A stretch of DNA of 64,000 nucleotides. Origin: the human T2T-CHM13v2.0 reference genome, Homo sapiens. Shown here piece after piece: positions 28,701-43,099 of this stretch. The position numbers and the translations under genes were made by a program. Positions within the stretch are counted from its first letter, which is position 1. Each line of letters begins with the position of its first letter. The stretch lies in the NCBI RefSeq assembly GCF_009914755.1, contig NC_060932.1; one strand, 5' to 3'. Under the pieces are notes generated by a model. It had not been told where the DNA came from. It made no database searches and saw nothing but the letters and a program-made list of their open reading frames with translations.

Positions 28701-30112
28701 ATGCTCTGGATAAGGTTAGACCTGCGCCATTAGATAAAATAAGTCAAGGCAACATGATTAGGTCAGATAAATCAAGCAAATAATATTAAGGGGAAAATCT
28801 GGAATCTGTCACTATTTTTGTTTTATTACCTTTACCTAATATTGAGTGAGATTATGGATAAGAATGATATATGACTTCTACTTTTATTCAGTATGACTGT
28901 ATATAAGTAAATTACTACAGAGTTTTAAAAGATACTTTTTAAAGTAAGAAAAATAAACAGGGAAGAAATTATTTTCTAAACAAATTTTTTTAATCACAAA
29001 AGGAATTGTAGGCACAGATATGCTGTTCTGCTATTATTTAATATATATGACAATATCATCAGCTAAACTGCAAAGTTTCTCATCACTGAACAGGACTTAC
29101 CACAGGATGCAATCATTTTGGATTTACTTCTGACAAATATAATCTCCCAGTGTCCAACTTAAGCTCTTAAAAACATTTTCTTCAGATTTAACATATACAC
29201 TTAATCCTAAATCATGGTAAAAATCTATCTTCTAAAATAGACAAACTTTATAAATTGATTTGGTTCGGTTTGAGTTTACAGATATTTAACAAGAGCCTAT
29301 TTATATAAATTAAGGTGTTACACGCTAAACACGATATTATAGCCTATGACTGCATGGAGCTTATGCTCTTCTAGGGTGCGACTAAGGCAACATTATAAGA
29401 AAAAGCGAAATGTAGTTGTGTTCTAAGAGTCTGCAGAATATGATCATGTTGGTATTTGCTTCTACACTAAAAAAATAAAGAATAAACAAAGAAAAAGTTT
29501 TGCTTATTTTCACTCCTAGGAATCACAGTTAACTTCCTACGTATGCACTCAAAAGCAATGCCTACCAGTCAGTCACAGTTTCATCAGAGATTTTAGTCAG
29601 GATACCTACTGTGGGATGGGACCTCGGCTGAAAAGCAGCAAAGGGCCAGTCACCTAATTCTCAAACATTGATAAAATTAGAAATAGAGGCGTACACATAT
29701 TAATGTATAGCAAAAGCAATCACTAGAATAACCCCAAATAATATAACACTGAAACATTGAAGAGAGGGATTGTGTCTGTTACATCATCTTTTGTATCAGG
29801 GAATAATAAGATATTATTATCTAGAATTGGTAAATAAAGAAACAGATCTTCCTATGTTATATGGAGTTTTGGGAGGGGCCATCATAGCAATCAGAACTAG
29901 AAATCAGAATCTTCAGCTTCTGACCAATAAGAGGATAGAGAGGGATAAGGCAGATGACCATTGCTTTAAATATGAGCTACTTTTTTATTATTTTCTTAGT
30001 TATCATATGCATATCTCAGATAAAAATAAAAAAATTATCTTAAAAAAATAAAAAATAATTTGTTTTTACGAACAATGAACCCTCTGGCTTATTACACATA
30101 CTTTAAATACTA

Positions 30113-30443
<331 letters not shown>

Positions 30444-32374
30444 TTAAGTTATTACATCTGAAAGTCAGCCAGTCCTGTGTATAAGTGCTGAAGAAAAATA
30501 ATTTGATATGTGACATTGATTAAGAAACAAAAATATATCAAATTCTCCTTATTGTGTGACAGTGACAGCCACAGACCAATGTTTAAAATAAGTTATTTAA
30601 TATGATTTTCTCAACAACCTTGCAAATTACACAATATCTTATGATTAGATATACTAAATAAATTGAAAAGTCACGCAGAAACTCAGACTTTTTTAAAAAA
30701 TTCATTGTTTAGTATTAAAGATATCTAGCTCTAAAACAGGATTTTTTGTTTTACTATACTAGAAATTATTGGTTGCAATCATAAACTTATCTTGAACTTC
30801 TTTTCTATTAGCTTAAAGAATTCACTGAATAAATTTTATTCGATTTCCATAATATCATGTCCATTTTGATTAAAAGTCTAATGATACTTAACTGATGGTA
30901 ACAATTATCTCTTAGGGAAATTTTTAAATACTCAACACCTGTTTTTCAGGAGTGAATGAATGTGTGTATTCACATCATAATATAGATAAATTATTTTTAA
31001 TTAATATTAAAATGACAGAAGTATACTAGTTAACCAAAACATAACACCTGATGCAAGATGTGATGCATGTTTATCAGCACTTTGCTTCTCTTGGAACTCT
31101 GCGTTGGAAATCACAACTCCCATATATTTATATTCCAACTTTTGTCAGAAACTTTACTAGATTCTCTATATGTGTTGTGTTTACTAATTGAATCTTCACA
31201 ATAACTTACTGAATTAATAACTATTAATCTAGTTTTAGAGATTTAAAAGTCAAGACTCAGCTTGCCTTAGGTCACAGGTGTCAGAAGACATCTATTTGAA
31301 TTCAGGTCTGCTGTATGCTCTAAATTGTCTGTAGATATGAACTATTCAACCAACATTAAGTATACTTAATTGGGCCATAAGTGATCCTATAAAATGGTTT
31401 TGGCTCAAAAGGATTTTTAAAAAAATATTATGGCACATTTCATGTTGAAACTGACATTTCTATGACCTATTGGAAAGGAGTATGATTATATTAGGTGGGC
31501 ATATTCTTAGTGAAAGCATACTTTAGTCTAGTGTTCCTGACTTTTTCACCTGTCATTGAAAGCCATCTACTTAATCATTTATCCCTGCGATTAACATCTA
31601 TCTTAATAATCTATAGTTTTTTGTGTCCTTTGATATTTCTGCATCATGACTTTTAGTTATTTTGAATCTGGCTCCTGGAAATTTTTCAGAAATTTTCTAT
31701 AGTTTCCAAATGATCATTGACAGTAAAATTTGAAAAGTTATTTTCTATGTTTAATATTTTTTTCTAGCTAAATTAGATTTTTCTAATTCTAAATTACATA
31801 ATACTAATTTATATGGTTCTAAATTCTAATATGATACAGTGACCCTTTCTCCTAAATTTCCTATAAACTTCCATGCCATCAATCACTTTTTCTCTCTTTG
31901 GAACAATTAATCCCAAAGTAGTTATTACTCTATTTATTCCTTTTGCCTTCTGATAGATGAACCATAAATGCAAGTCAAAAATTAACCAGCTGTTCTGGTA
32001 ATGATGGACCAATCAGAAGATGTCTACCATTTCTTTGTTTCTTATAACAATATTTTGAAGTAAAAAATGTTAATCATCTCTATTTCATAGATGAGACAAA
32101 ATAAATCCAGAGAAGGGTAAGTCAGAAATTGGGCACATGTAATTCTTATAAGTGAATACATTCTACAACTAGGAAAAATTACTATGTGTATTAGATATCA
32201 AAAATTGTCATTTATTTTCACTGAAATTAATAGTAAAAAATGCAATTTATATCATAGACCAATTCAAACACTTGAATGCATGCAGGTAAATATATACACA
32301 GAGGTATATTTATTGTATTTTATTTATTTCTTTATATATAACAGAGAAAAGTTCCAAAAGTAATATGTACTCTC

Positions 32375-32667
32375 GGCCGGGTGCAGTGGCTCACTCCTGT
32401 AATCCCAGCACTTTAGAAAGTGGAGGTGGATGGATTTCTTGAGGCCAGGAGTTTGAGACCAGCCTGAGCAACATTGCAAAAACTCTACTAAAAATACAAA
32501 AATTATCTGGGTGTGGTGGTGTGCACCTGTAATCCCAGTCATTAGGGAGTCTGAGGCAGGAGAATCACTTGATTGCGGGAGGTGGAGTTGCAGTGAGCCC
32601 GGATCACGCCACTGCACTCCAGCCTGAGCAGCAGAGCCAGACTCCACCTCAAAAACAAAGAAAAAAA
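32375..32667 (+). mobile_element. Alu (S/J)
   Basis: Full dimer. TSD GTACTCTC. Confidence 0.92.
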
Positions 32668-33455
32668 GTACTCTCTCTATGTTCCTTAAAGTATACTTTT
32701 TTCCTATTATTTTATTAACTTTTAATTTAATTTTATTTGATTAACTTCTATGTCTATTATAAAAATGCTGGTCACAACCCAATGAATTGATTTTATGATT
32801 CACTGTTGGTGACCTATAGCTGGGGAAATCTGTCCTAGATGATATCACTTCTGTGTTAATTTTTGTACAATGCACTAGGATCATTCAATGGATTAGGGAG
32901 TCTCTAGTAACCCTAAGCAATGATATCACTGTTTCTCTGTTTTTCCTTTCTTATATAGAGAGAGTTATATACAAGTATATGATTTTTAAATATGCAGTAT
33001 TATATCTCCTTCTAGACAACCTAATTCCTAGAAGAAATACATATTCTTCTTTATCCTTATTACAGATAAAGATTTATCACCAGTTCTTAATAATATTTAA
33101 ATTATTAAATTTATCTACTTGTGTTGAAATGTTAGTTTCAGTGTGTTTGTTCCTCATGTACTCAGCCAATATTTTCTGAGCACCTAACGTTTTCAGGTGC
33201 AAGTCCTGAAGGCACACAAATTAGCATAACAGGCAGTAACCCAGTTCTCAGAAAGTTTGCCTATTATAGTACACATATTGCTTTAGAGACACCTGGGAAT
33301 ATAAGCACTTTTCCAAAACCAGGTCTTTATTGAATTCAACTTTAAAATGTTTGATAAAATCTCTGCATTGCTAGTACGACACTTGTAGATTGTATGTGGA
33401 ATAGTTGATGTTCTGAAACACAGAAATGTCTTTAAATATTTTTTGATTTTTTCTA

Positions 33456-33698
<243 letters not shown>

Positions 33699-33726
33699 TT
33701 AGTATAACATTAATTGCTTTAAAATA

Positions 33727-34024
33727 CAGTTGGCACTCCGTAATACATGGGTTCTGCATCTGTGGATTCAGCCAACTGCAGATTGAAAATATTTGGAAAA
33801 AACTGTATCTGTACTGAATATATACAGACTTTTTTTGTCATTACTCCCTAAATAACATAGTATAACAACCGTTTACCTAGCATTTACATCATATCCTGTA
33901 TTATTAGTAATCTAGAATGATTTAATGTATGTGGGAGGATGTATATAAGTTATATATTCACATCTGTGAATGTTAGTATCAGAAGGTTTGGAACCAGTTA
34001 CCCAGGGATACCAAGGGACAGCTG
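33727..34024. mobile_element. Tigger3/MER2-type MITE
   Basis: ta|cagttggcactccgt...ggattcagccaactgcagattgaaaatatttgg...gataccaagggacagctg. Confidence 0.8.
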
Positions 34025-35259
34025 ACTGTTTTTTATGGACCTTTAAGACATGTTCATTTCTTTTTCTAACCCAGAAGGAAAAGCAGCAGCATCATTTCTG
34101 TCTTTTTGGGGGGGCTCAAAGTACAAAGGAGCCCTTGTGCATATCTGACAAATTGCTAATGCATATTTATTAGTAAGATAATAAATAAATTCTAAAGATC
34201 TTCATAGATCTTCTCATTAAATTTAGTATCCAATGCATATAGTCAAACATAGGGTTTTAGAATTTATTATAAATATTATGTGCTAATAATCCATGTGTAG
34301 GTACTATAAATGAATTACTTTGGAAAAAAAGAAGGAGCCCTTATAAAACGTCTTTATTTAAAAGATCTCCCCACAAGTAATGCCATGTTACTGAACCTAG
34401 AAGTGGTTTTTCTTCCTATGTTGAGCTCAGTTCATTTCACCACCTACAGCAAAATAAAAGGCCCTATTTGTCTGCCCTGCAACCATTTTTCTTACCCTAT
34501 TTTCTCCAGTCATTCTCCACATTTTTATCATAGGTCTCCCATTGTAAAATAGCAAAATCCAAACCACAGTATTTTTTGACAGATTTTCTATCCCTATGCA
34601 AAACACTTTCAAAACTAGAGGTAACAGACAGATTAAAAAATAAAATCCTTTCAGAGCAGAGGAATTGTTTTCATTGTACCCAGATATTGAACAAAGAGAC
34701 TGACAGAATAATTTGAAAATATGTAGAGAAATGGAAAGATTAGCTCATTCATTTTATGGCAAAGGTACTAGAACACTTTGTTGTTAACAGATCTGGATGA
34801 GGCCTTGAGATTATTTCCATTTTGTAATTATTGATTACTTAAGAAATAATAAAGAAATGTACAACGTAAAGGCCATTACAATAAATCAGGATAACAAATG
34901 TAGTGATTTTCTACATCAGAATTTGTTTTGTGCTAATAAGAAATCAGACAGTGGGTATATCTCTGAATATGAGTCATGGAATCTTTGAAATGTAAGTCAA
35001 CGATATCTTGGTGTTTGGCTACTACAAACATATTTTTATATCAAAATATAATTAACTATACCAGTAAGAATATGTTTCTTTCATTCATAAAAGTTTGCAA
35101 GGAGTTTAATGTACTTTAGCATTTTTAAGAAATAATGAGAAATCTGTGCTTTAAGAAGAACACTATATATAATTTCTCCCAATTCAACTAAAGAGGAAGT
35201 GGTAGAACCACACATTTAAATAATTTTAATAGAATAACAGATAAATGAGGAAGGTTGCC

Positions 35260-35500
35260 TCCCTTCTTTCCTTCCTTCCTTCCTCTCTCTCTCACTTTCT
35301 TTCTTTCTTTTACTCTCTCCTTTCTTTCTTCCTTTCTTTCTTTTGTTCTTTCGTTCTTTCTTTCTACAAATACTTAAAGGCTCACGACCCTACTATTTTC
35401 TTTTTCTTTTCTTTTCTTTTCTTTCTTTCTCTCTTTCTTTCTTTGTTTTCTTTTGTTTCTTTCTCTCCTTTCTCTTTCTTTTCTTTTGTTTCTTTCTCTC

Positions 35501-35579
<79 letters not shown>

Positions 35580-35592
35580 TTCTTTCTTTCTC
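35260..35592. repeat. Compound CT-rich / (CTTT)n microsatellite
   Basis: About 330-nt pyrimidine tract with a pure (CTTT)n core at about 35502-35580. Confidence 0.95.
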
Positions 35593-37008
35593 TCTACAAG
35601 TACTTAAAGGCTCACTACCCTGCTAACTCTGGAAATGTAGCAGTGGACAATCAGAAAATGTTCTGGCACTCACGGAAATTACAGTCTCTTAAAGAAAGCA
35701 ATTATATTAAATAAAGACTTGCGATTTTGGCATGCTGTATAAAGAGAAGCATTCAGGAACCTCACTAAAAAGTGGTATCTAAAGTGAGCATTGAGAGAAT
35801 AAGGAACAGATTAGGTAAAAAGGCGATGGGAAACCTGTTGGGGAGGAGGTGTGCTGACATGTGCAAATAGATAAATGTGATTCCTGGGTTTCAAACCAGA
35901 GCTAAATGACTTGATCTTCTCCCAAGCACACATATACACACACACATGGATACACTTACACAAAATTTGCACTCCATATATTATACTCAAGCTGCTCTGT
36001 AAAAATTTTGTCCCAAACCATGGAATATATTTCTTTCACATAAAATATTCACACAACTCTTTTTATGAAAGAACCAGCAGGGTAACTACTTAATTTGGTC
36101 ACTAAGAATGGGCATTTAGTGATGCAAGGGTTGATTTGTTTATTTATAAAAAATAAAACTTTACATTGTACCTTCCCTTAAACAAGCAGGAAAACGCAAT
36201 GTAATTTTTAGACAGAACAGAAACCTGGCATTTATAGCTGGGCTTCGTAAAATTAAACTAAGTCCCTGGAGGGTAGAGGAAGGATTTAAATTTCTGTTTA
36301 AAAGGATTAATCTCGTTGACAAGTCTATTCTCCTAATATTCATCTTTTGAAAAGTTTGCTTTCTCCTTCTTTGAAGTTTTCCTCAATGTTTCAATATAAT
36401 GTCAGTGAAACTGTAATGCAAGCATCCGGTTTTTTGAGGAAAGGGACACATGTTTGACAAATTTAAAAATAATGCCTCTGCAACAATTTTACATTGCTAG
36501 CCTCAATTTGAGAGAATGCCCTTATGTTATTATTATGTTTACATACTGCTTTAAATCCTTGGTGAATAGTTTTCTATGAATAATACTGTCTTTATTTATA
36601 TCCACATATGCCATAGCAATTACACCTGGAAATTTTGAAAACACCTGGAGAATACTTAAAAAAATGTCTAGGCAGTAGCTGGAAAGTGATTTTAGTTTCT
36701 GAATAAAAATTATGAGGCAGACAAGTTATCAGCATTATTTTTATGCATAATTAATTTTTTCTGCTTAATAGTGATTTGCCTACTGAACAGATACTAGGTA
36801 AAAGAGTATTTTGCCTCCTTACAGTCTCCAAATAAGATATATCAGAAGATATATTTTAGATCGCTGCATCTAAAATATTTTAGTTTTCTTTTAAAATTAT
36901 TTCTGCTGAATATAAATAGATGTATATGTATATATATATATTTATACTATATATGTTTTATTAGAGCTAGAAGTGAACATACACAATAAAGCTTACGTCT
37001 TAATTTTT

Positions 37009-37274
<266 letters not shown>

Positions 37275-37294
37275 ACGTCTTAATTTTTAATTAA

Positions 37295-38555
37295 AGGCAA
37301 TAACAAATACTGGTGAGAATGAGGAGAAAAGACAAACCTCATATACAGTTGAGGGGGATGTAAATTAGTACAGCCACTATGGAGAACAGTATCAACAGTG
37401 TAGAGGTTCCTCAAAAAACTAAATATAGAACTACCATATGATCCAGCAATCCCACTGCTAGTATATATCCAAAAGAAAGAAATCAGTATATCGAAGAGAT
37501 ATCTGCACTCTCACATTTATTGTAGTACTATTCAGAATAGTCAAGATTTGGAAGCAACCTAAAGTGTCCACAACAGACAAATGCATAAAAAAAAGTGGCA
37601 CATATATACAATGAAGTACTATTCAGCCATAAAAAAGAATGAAATATTTGCAACAACATGGATGGAACTGGAGGACCTAAGTAAAATAAGTCAGGCACAG
37701 AAAGACAAATTTTGCATTTTCTTACTTATTTGTGGGAGCTAAAAATTAAAAGCAATTGAACTCATGGAGTTAGAGGGTAGAAGGATGGTTACCAGAGGCT
37801 GGGAAGGGTAGTAGAGGTGTTGGGGGGAAAGTGGGGATAGTTAATTGGTACAAAAAAATAATTAAAAAGAATGAATAAGATCCAGTATTTGATAGCACAA
37901 CAGGGCAACTATAGTCAATAATAATTTAATTGTACATTTAAAAATAACTAAAAGAGTATAGTTTGATTGTTTGTAACACAAAGGATAAATGCTTGATATT
38001 ATGGAAACCCCGTTTACCCTCGTGTCAGTTATTACACATTGTATACCTGTATCAAAATATCTCACATACTCCCTAAATGTATATACCTACTATGTACCCA
38101 CAAAAATTAAAAATAACAAAGGAAAACTTTTCGTGTTTTTACTTATTTGTGGGAGATAAAAATTGAAACAATTGAACTTGTAGAGATAGAGAGTAGAATG
38201 ATGCTTACCAGAGGCTGGGAAGAGTAAGGGGTGGGAAGTGGGGACAGTTAATGGTATGAAAACAAAGTTAGATAGAATGAATAGGGATCTAGTCTTTGAT
38301 AGCATAACAGGGTGACTACAGTTAACAATAATTTACTGTATCTTTAAAAGTAACTAAAAGCGTATAATTGGAATGTTTGTAACATAAATAAATGATAAAT
38401 GCTTGATGTGATGGATACCCCATTTACCCTGATAATGATTATGACACATTGTGCACCTGTATCAAAATATCTCATGTACTCCATAAATATATATATATAT
38501 ATATATATACCTACTATGAACCTGTAAAAATTAAAAATTTTAAAAAGGAAAAAGA
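37295..38555 (+). mobile_element. L1MA 3' region: two tandem 3' ends (about 37295-38120 and 38122-38555)
   Basis: ORF2 end and 3'UTR phrases (gaactaccatatgatccagcaatcccact, ggttaccagaggctgggaaggg, gtatcaaaatatctca, A-rich tail). The last ~420 bp occur twice. Confidence 0.88.
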
Positions 38556-40842
38556 CCACTAATAACTTTACTTTTTAAGTGCTATAGAAACCAACATGCT
38601 TAAGTCAACATTTGTGATATATGTTACAAAAGACAAAGAAAAATATTTTTACTATCTAGGGCCTCAATTTATATGTCCATTCATTTGGGTGTGCATATTT
38701 TTATATTGAAAATAATGAGATGTTTGTTTTACAATGATCATTATAAACATCATTACAAGCATTGTTAGCCTTAAGAAACTGGACAATTACAGAGGAAACA
38801 TTTACCAAAATAAGAATAGGAAATAAGGAAGCTGATAAGACAGACCCTGAAGACCCTGAAGTGGGCAATGAAATTTTCCCATAAACAGCGGGGGTTTGAG
38901 GACCAGGTAGAAAATTAATGAGATTGGATCTCGAGAACATTATTGTAAAGAAATATCATCTGGAGTATAAAAATAAGACCTGGTGGAATTGTGTCTAAAT
39001 GTGTACTGGTATAATAGGTGAAGACAGTGGGTGGGGAAGAAGGATGTAGTTAATGGGATAATTATGTATTTCTCTCTACCTATACTTATATTTTTCTTTG
39101 CCTTTATTCTCAATGTAATAATAACTTATGTAGTCTTGTGTAAATCATTTTAACAATTCGATTTTCAATTTTTTGCTTTGTAAAATGGGGATAGCAATAC
39201 TTACAATGCTGTTCTGTAATGTTTTTATTGCATTTATACATGCATTATCTCTGTCCTTCCCATACCTACTCATGAGGTCTAATCATTGAATCTAGAGTAG
39301 AGTAAGTGCATAGTAAACAACATCTCTTTTTAAAAAATTACATTTGTAGTTCTTTATCTATGACAGCATGAATCTTAAGTTTTTGGAAATGATGAAAACA
39401 TTGAAATTGATTAAGCTGGGGAAATAGGGAGGGACATATATTCAGCTGAGATAATGGCAAATAGGTTTTATCTCAATTGCTTAACTACTAGGCTTTAGTA
39501 AGGGCTACATGGTGTGTTACCTAGAGAAAGCATTATAAGGTCCTGACCAGTTTCCATGAGAAATAAAGCCATAATCAGTTAGTACCATCTACCATTGGAT
39601 TGCTAGTGAGATACTCTTGCTGCAACTTTTATCGTAGTGATATTTGGAAATGTTTTATTAATACTAATTTACAGTAGAACCTCACTTTATCTCTACAGAT
39701 TTGTTAAAAGGTTTCTTTCTTTCTTTCTTCTTTCTTTCTTTTCTTTCTTTTTTAAACAGGTCATATGTATAAGCCTTTCAGCTTGCAGGTATAAGTAGCT
39801 ATTTCTAAGCCAAGTTCTCATGTATAAAATTTAGAACAGGAATCAGCTCCAAGGTTTCTCACATTTAAAGAATGTTATTATTCTAATATTTGAATTATGA
39901 CTTGATTTTAAAACAGAAAACACCTCTTTACGATGCTCAAAAGCAATCAAGTAGCAAACTGAATAATTACTGTGTGTAGGCACTATTCTTGGCACTTAGT
40001 GTATAGTGGTGAATGAACAGATAAAGGCTTTCCTCTTAAGAAACTTGTATTTTAGAATATGTGTAGGGGGCTACTGGAGTGAGGGGGATGCACATGGTAA
40101 GTAAACTTAAAAATAAATAAGCAAGGAAGTATCAGATATTGACATTATTAGGTAGCAAGTGGAAGATTTTGAAATTAGGAATACAGAAAAAGCAAAACAA
40201 ATATGAAGCAAAAAATAAAAGAAAAAGGCTAATAAGTATAAATATACTAAATCCAAGGTATCAAAAAACCAGAAAAAAATGCAACTTATATGCACCTGAA
40301 AGCAGGCTTTCATAATATATAAACAAAGTGGTAAAGATTTTAAGAAAAATGGCAAATTAAGAATAGTAGATTTTACCCAACTATTTCAATAATTGCTAGA
40401 CCGAGCAGGTCAAAAAATGGTGAGAAGATGAATATTTAACAATATAATTAGGGAGTTTATTGGATGTATATAAAAACTTGCACTCATTAGATGATACAAA
40501 TTTCTCTCCTAGTACACAAGGAACATAAATATTAACGATATAATAGACCACAAAACAAATCCTATGACAAGCCAAAGAACCAGAATCATACATATCTGAT
40601 CATGCAAGTAAATTAGAAATTTATAATATAATAAGTTATAGATTTAAATTTTATTTTGATAGTTTGAAATACTTTTAAGTAGCACTTCAGCAAAGAAAAA
40701 TCATAATGCTATACTTAGAACCAATTTAGAATAAAATTATGATAAATCTGTACATATCAAAATGTTTGCATAGCAGCTTAAGAGGTTCTTAAATGAAAAT
40801 GTGTAGATCCAAGAGAAAAAATGCGAATTAATAAGCAGTATT

Positions 40843-41127
40843 GGCCAGGCGTGGTGGCTTACGCCTGTAATCCCAGCTCTTGAGGAGGGCCGGATCATGA
40901 GGTCAGGAGTTTGAGACCAGCCTGGTCAACATGGTGAAACCCCGTCTCTACTAAAGATACAAAAATTAGCCAGGCATGGTGGCTCATGCCTGTAATCCCA
41001 ACTACTCAGGGGGCTGAGGGACGAGAATTGCTTGAATCCGGGATGCAAAGGTTGCGGTGAACCGGGATCGCACCACTGCACCCCAGTCTGGGCAACACAG
41101 CGATACTCTGTCTCCAAAAAAAAACAA
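40843..41127 (+). mobile_element. AluS
   Basis: Dimer with a short left-arm deletion. TSD AAGCAGTATT. Confidence 0.92.
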
Positions 41128-41609
41128 AAGCAGTATTTATCTCAAGAAATGAGAAAAAGGATAAGCAAATCTAGAGAAAATAAAACAGAGGAAATAACAT
41201 AGATAAAAGCAATACTAATAAAAATATTAAACAGTGTTAACAAAAATATGCAGCAGCAAATAAAGTAAGAAACACTGTGAATATTTTCATGTCAATATGT
41301 GTGAAATCATGAATGAAAGGAACTAGTTTTTAGAAAAAGATTTTTTAAAATCTAAGATAAAAAAGCTAATCTAAATATATTTACAACCATTAAAATTCCA
41401 CCACCTTAAATCACTGGGTCCATAGTTTCAGTTCTAGAAAACATTCAAGAAATAGATGATCCTATCTTATACAAACTATTCTCGATACTAGAAAATTAAG
41501 AATGCTCCTAAATTTAGGCAGGTAGTGTAATCTTGATATCAAAACCAGACAAAAAGAGTACAAGGACTAAAAATTATAGCCCAATCAGATGGTACTAAAT
41601 CAATGATAA

Positions 41610-42222
41610 TGATACAGGAGTTAATAAGAAATCACTTAGGCAGATAGTAAGGTTTTCCTTTTAATGAAAAGGAGCCATCATATCACTTTCTTTTCTAACA
41701 AAGAGCAGCCTGCAAAATGGAGCTGCAGACATAGCCAAGCAAGCCAGAAGCTTGCACAGGTGAATGCCCACAGTTGTGCCCATAGGAAAAGGCTACCTGG
41801 GACTAGGCATGTCCAAAATGGGGGCTTCATCTGCCCTTCTGTTTGCCAAACCATGAGTACAGTAAGGAGAAGACAATATAGCCCCTGCCAGGCAAAGCCT
41901 CCTTTTGCATAAGATTAGGGTGGGGTGACCAGCCTTCCCCGCACACTATGTAAATGTCATACCTGGTCAAACCAGTCTGTGGGCCCTATGTAACTCAGAC
42001 ACCGCTTCCTCAAGCCTGCCTATAAAATCTGACGCAGTCAACAGTGGGCTGGCTTTCCCCTTTTGGATGCCCCTCTCTTACGAAACAGAGAGAGCTGTCC
42101 TCCTTTGTCTTTTTTTTTTGCCTGTTAAACCTCTGCCCCTAAACTCACTCTTCATGTTTGTCCCTGTCCTTAATCTTCTTGGCGCCAAATGACAAACCCT
42201 GGGCATTTACCTCAGACAACAT
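41610..42222 (+). mobile_element. ERV1 LTR (MER50-like), 3' terminus apparently missing
   Basis: tgatacaggagttaataagaaatcacttaggcagatagt...gcctataaaatc...gggcatttacctcagacaac. Confidence 0.75.
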
Positions 42223-42317
42223 AGATATATTTTTGTAATATAGAGTAATAATTCAGTGGCAATATACACCATAGTTAAAACTCGGGACCATAGTTAAAAC
42301 AATTAATAATAATTGAA

Positions 42318-42425
42318 TGAACTCGGGAGGCGGAGGTTGCAGTGAGCTGAGATCACCGCTGCACTCCGGCCTGAGTGACAGAGCAAGATTCCATCTCAAG
42401 GAAAAAAAAAAAAAAAGAAAGAAAA
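42318..42425 (+). mobile_element. 5'-truncated Alu right-arm fragment
   Basis: tgaactcgggaggcggaggttgcagtgagctgagatc...ccatctca plus an A tail. Confidence 0.9.
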
Positions 42426-43099
42426 TCTCAGTATGCAAAATAGGAAAAAGATGCTCAACTTAATAGTAATAAGGGAAAAGGCAATAAAAATGACAATGAG
42501 ATATCATTTAATACAATTAGCAACTTCCAAGTTTAACAAAAGCACTGGTTTTTAAAAACTGGAATTTCTGAAGCTCTCATCCTCTGATTTTTGAGTTTAC
42601 ATTGGTACAGCCTCTTTAGAGAATAATTCGGCAATACAGAGTTACATTGAAGAGGTTCATACCCTTTGACCCAGTAATCCCACTCTTTGGTATACAGATG
42701 TCCTAAAAAGAATCTCACAGATATGTTCATGAGGACATGTAAAAGAATGTTCATTTCATCGTCATTCATTTCTGGTAGTAATAAACCAGAACAACCTAAA
42801 TGTCTATCAGCAGAAAAATTTATATATTAACTTTGATATAGCCATATGGTGGAGTATCATAAAGGACTTAATAAATTAAAGCTATATGTTTCTAATTTTG
42901 ATAAATCTCAAAAACAATTTAAGGGGCCAAATCAATTTTCAGAAGGATACATACATAATAAAAATACAAAATTTGTATGAAAATAAGAAATATAAAAATA
43001 TGTGCAAGCATAAATACATGGAAAAGATAAGTATCAACTTCAGGATTAGGGGAATACTAGCATGAAAAGAGCAGGAATATCTGAAAAATGACCTTGAAT

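Larger units (their letters stand above)
40150..43060 (+). mobile_element. Highly degraded old L1 (L1M/L1ME-like) interrupted by an Alu, an LTR and an Alu fragment
   Basis: A-rich ORF2-like phrases (aattagaaat, gatatcaaaaccagacaaa, aaaagatgctcaactt, ttgacccagtaatcccactct, acaacctaaatgtctatca). Confidence 0.65.

Noticed and set aside
29495-29530. Plus-strand acceptor-like ttttgcttatttttcactcctag|G, a possible antisense exon
   Set aside because: I found no convincing partner donor or promoter, and such motifs are frequent in AT-rich DNA.
35245-35714. Two ~120-aa Phe/Leu/Ser-rich, membrane-like ORFs
   Set aside because: Artefacts of the stop-free (CTTT)n tract.
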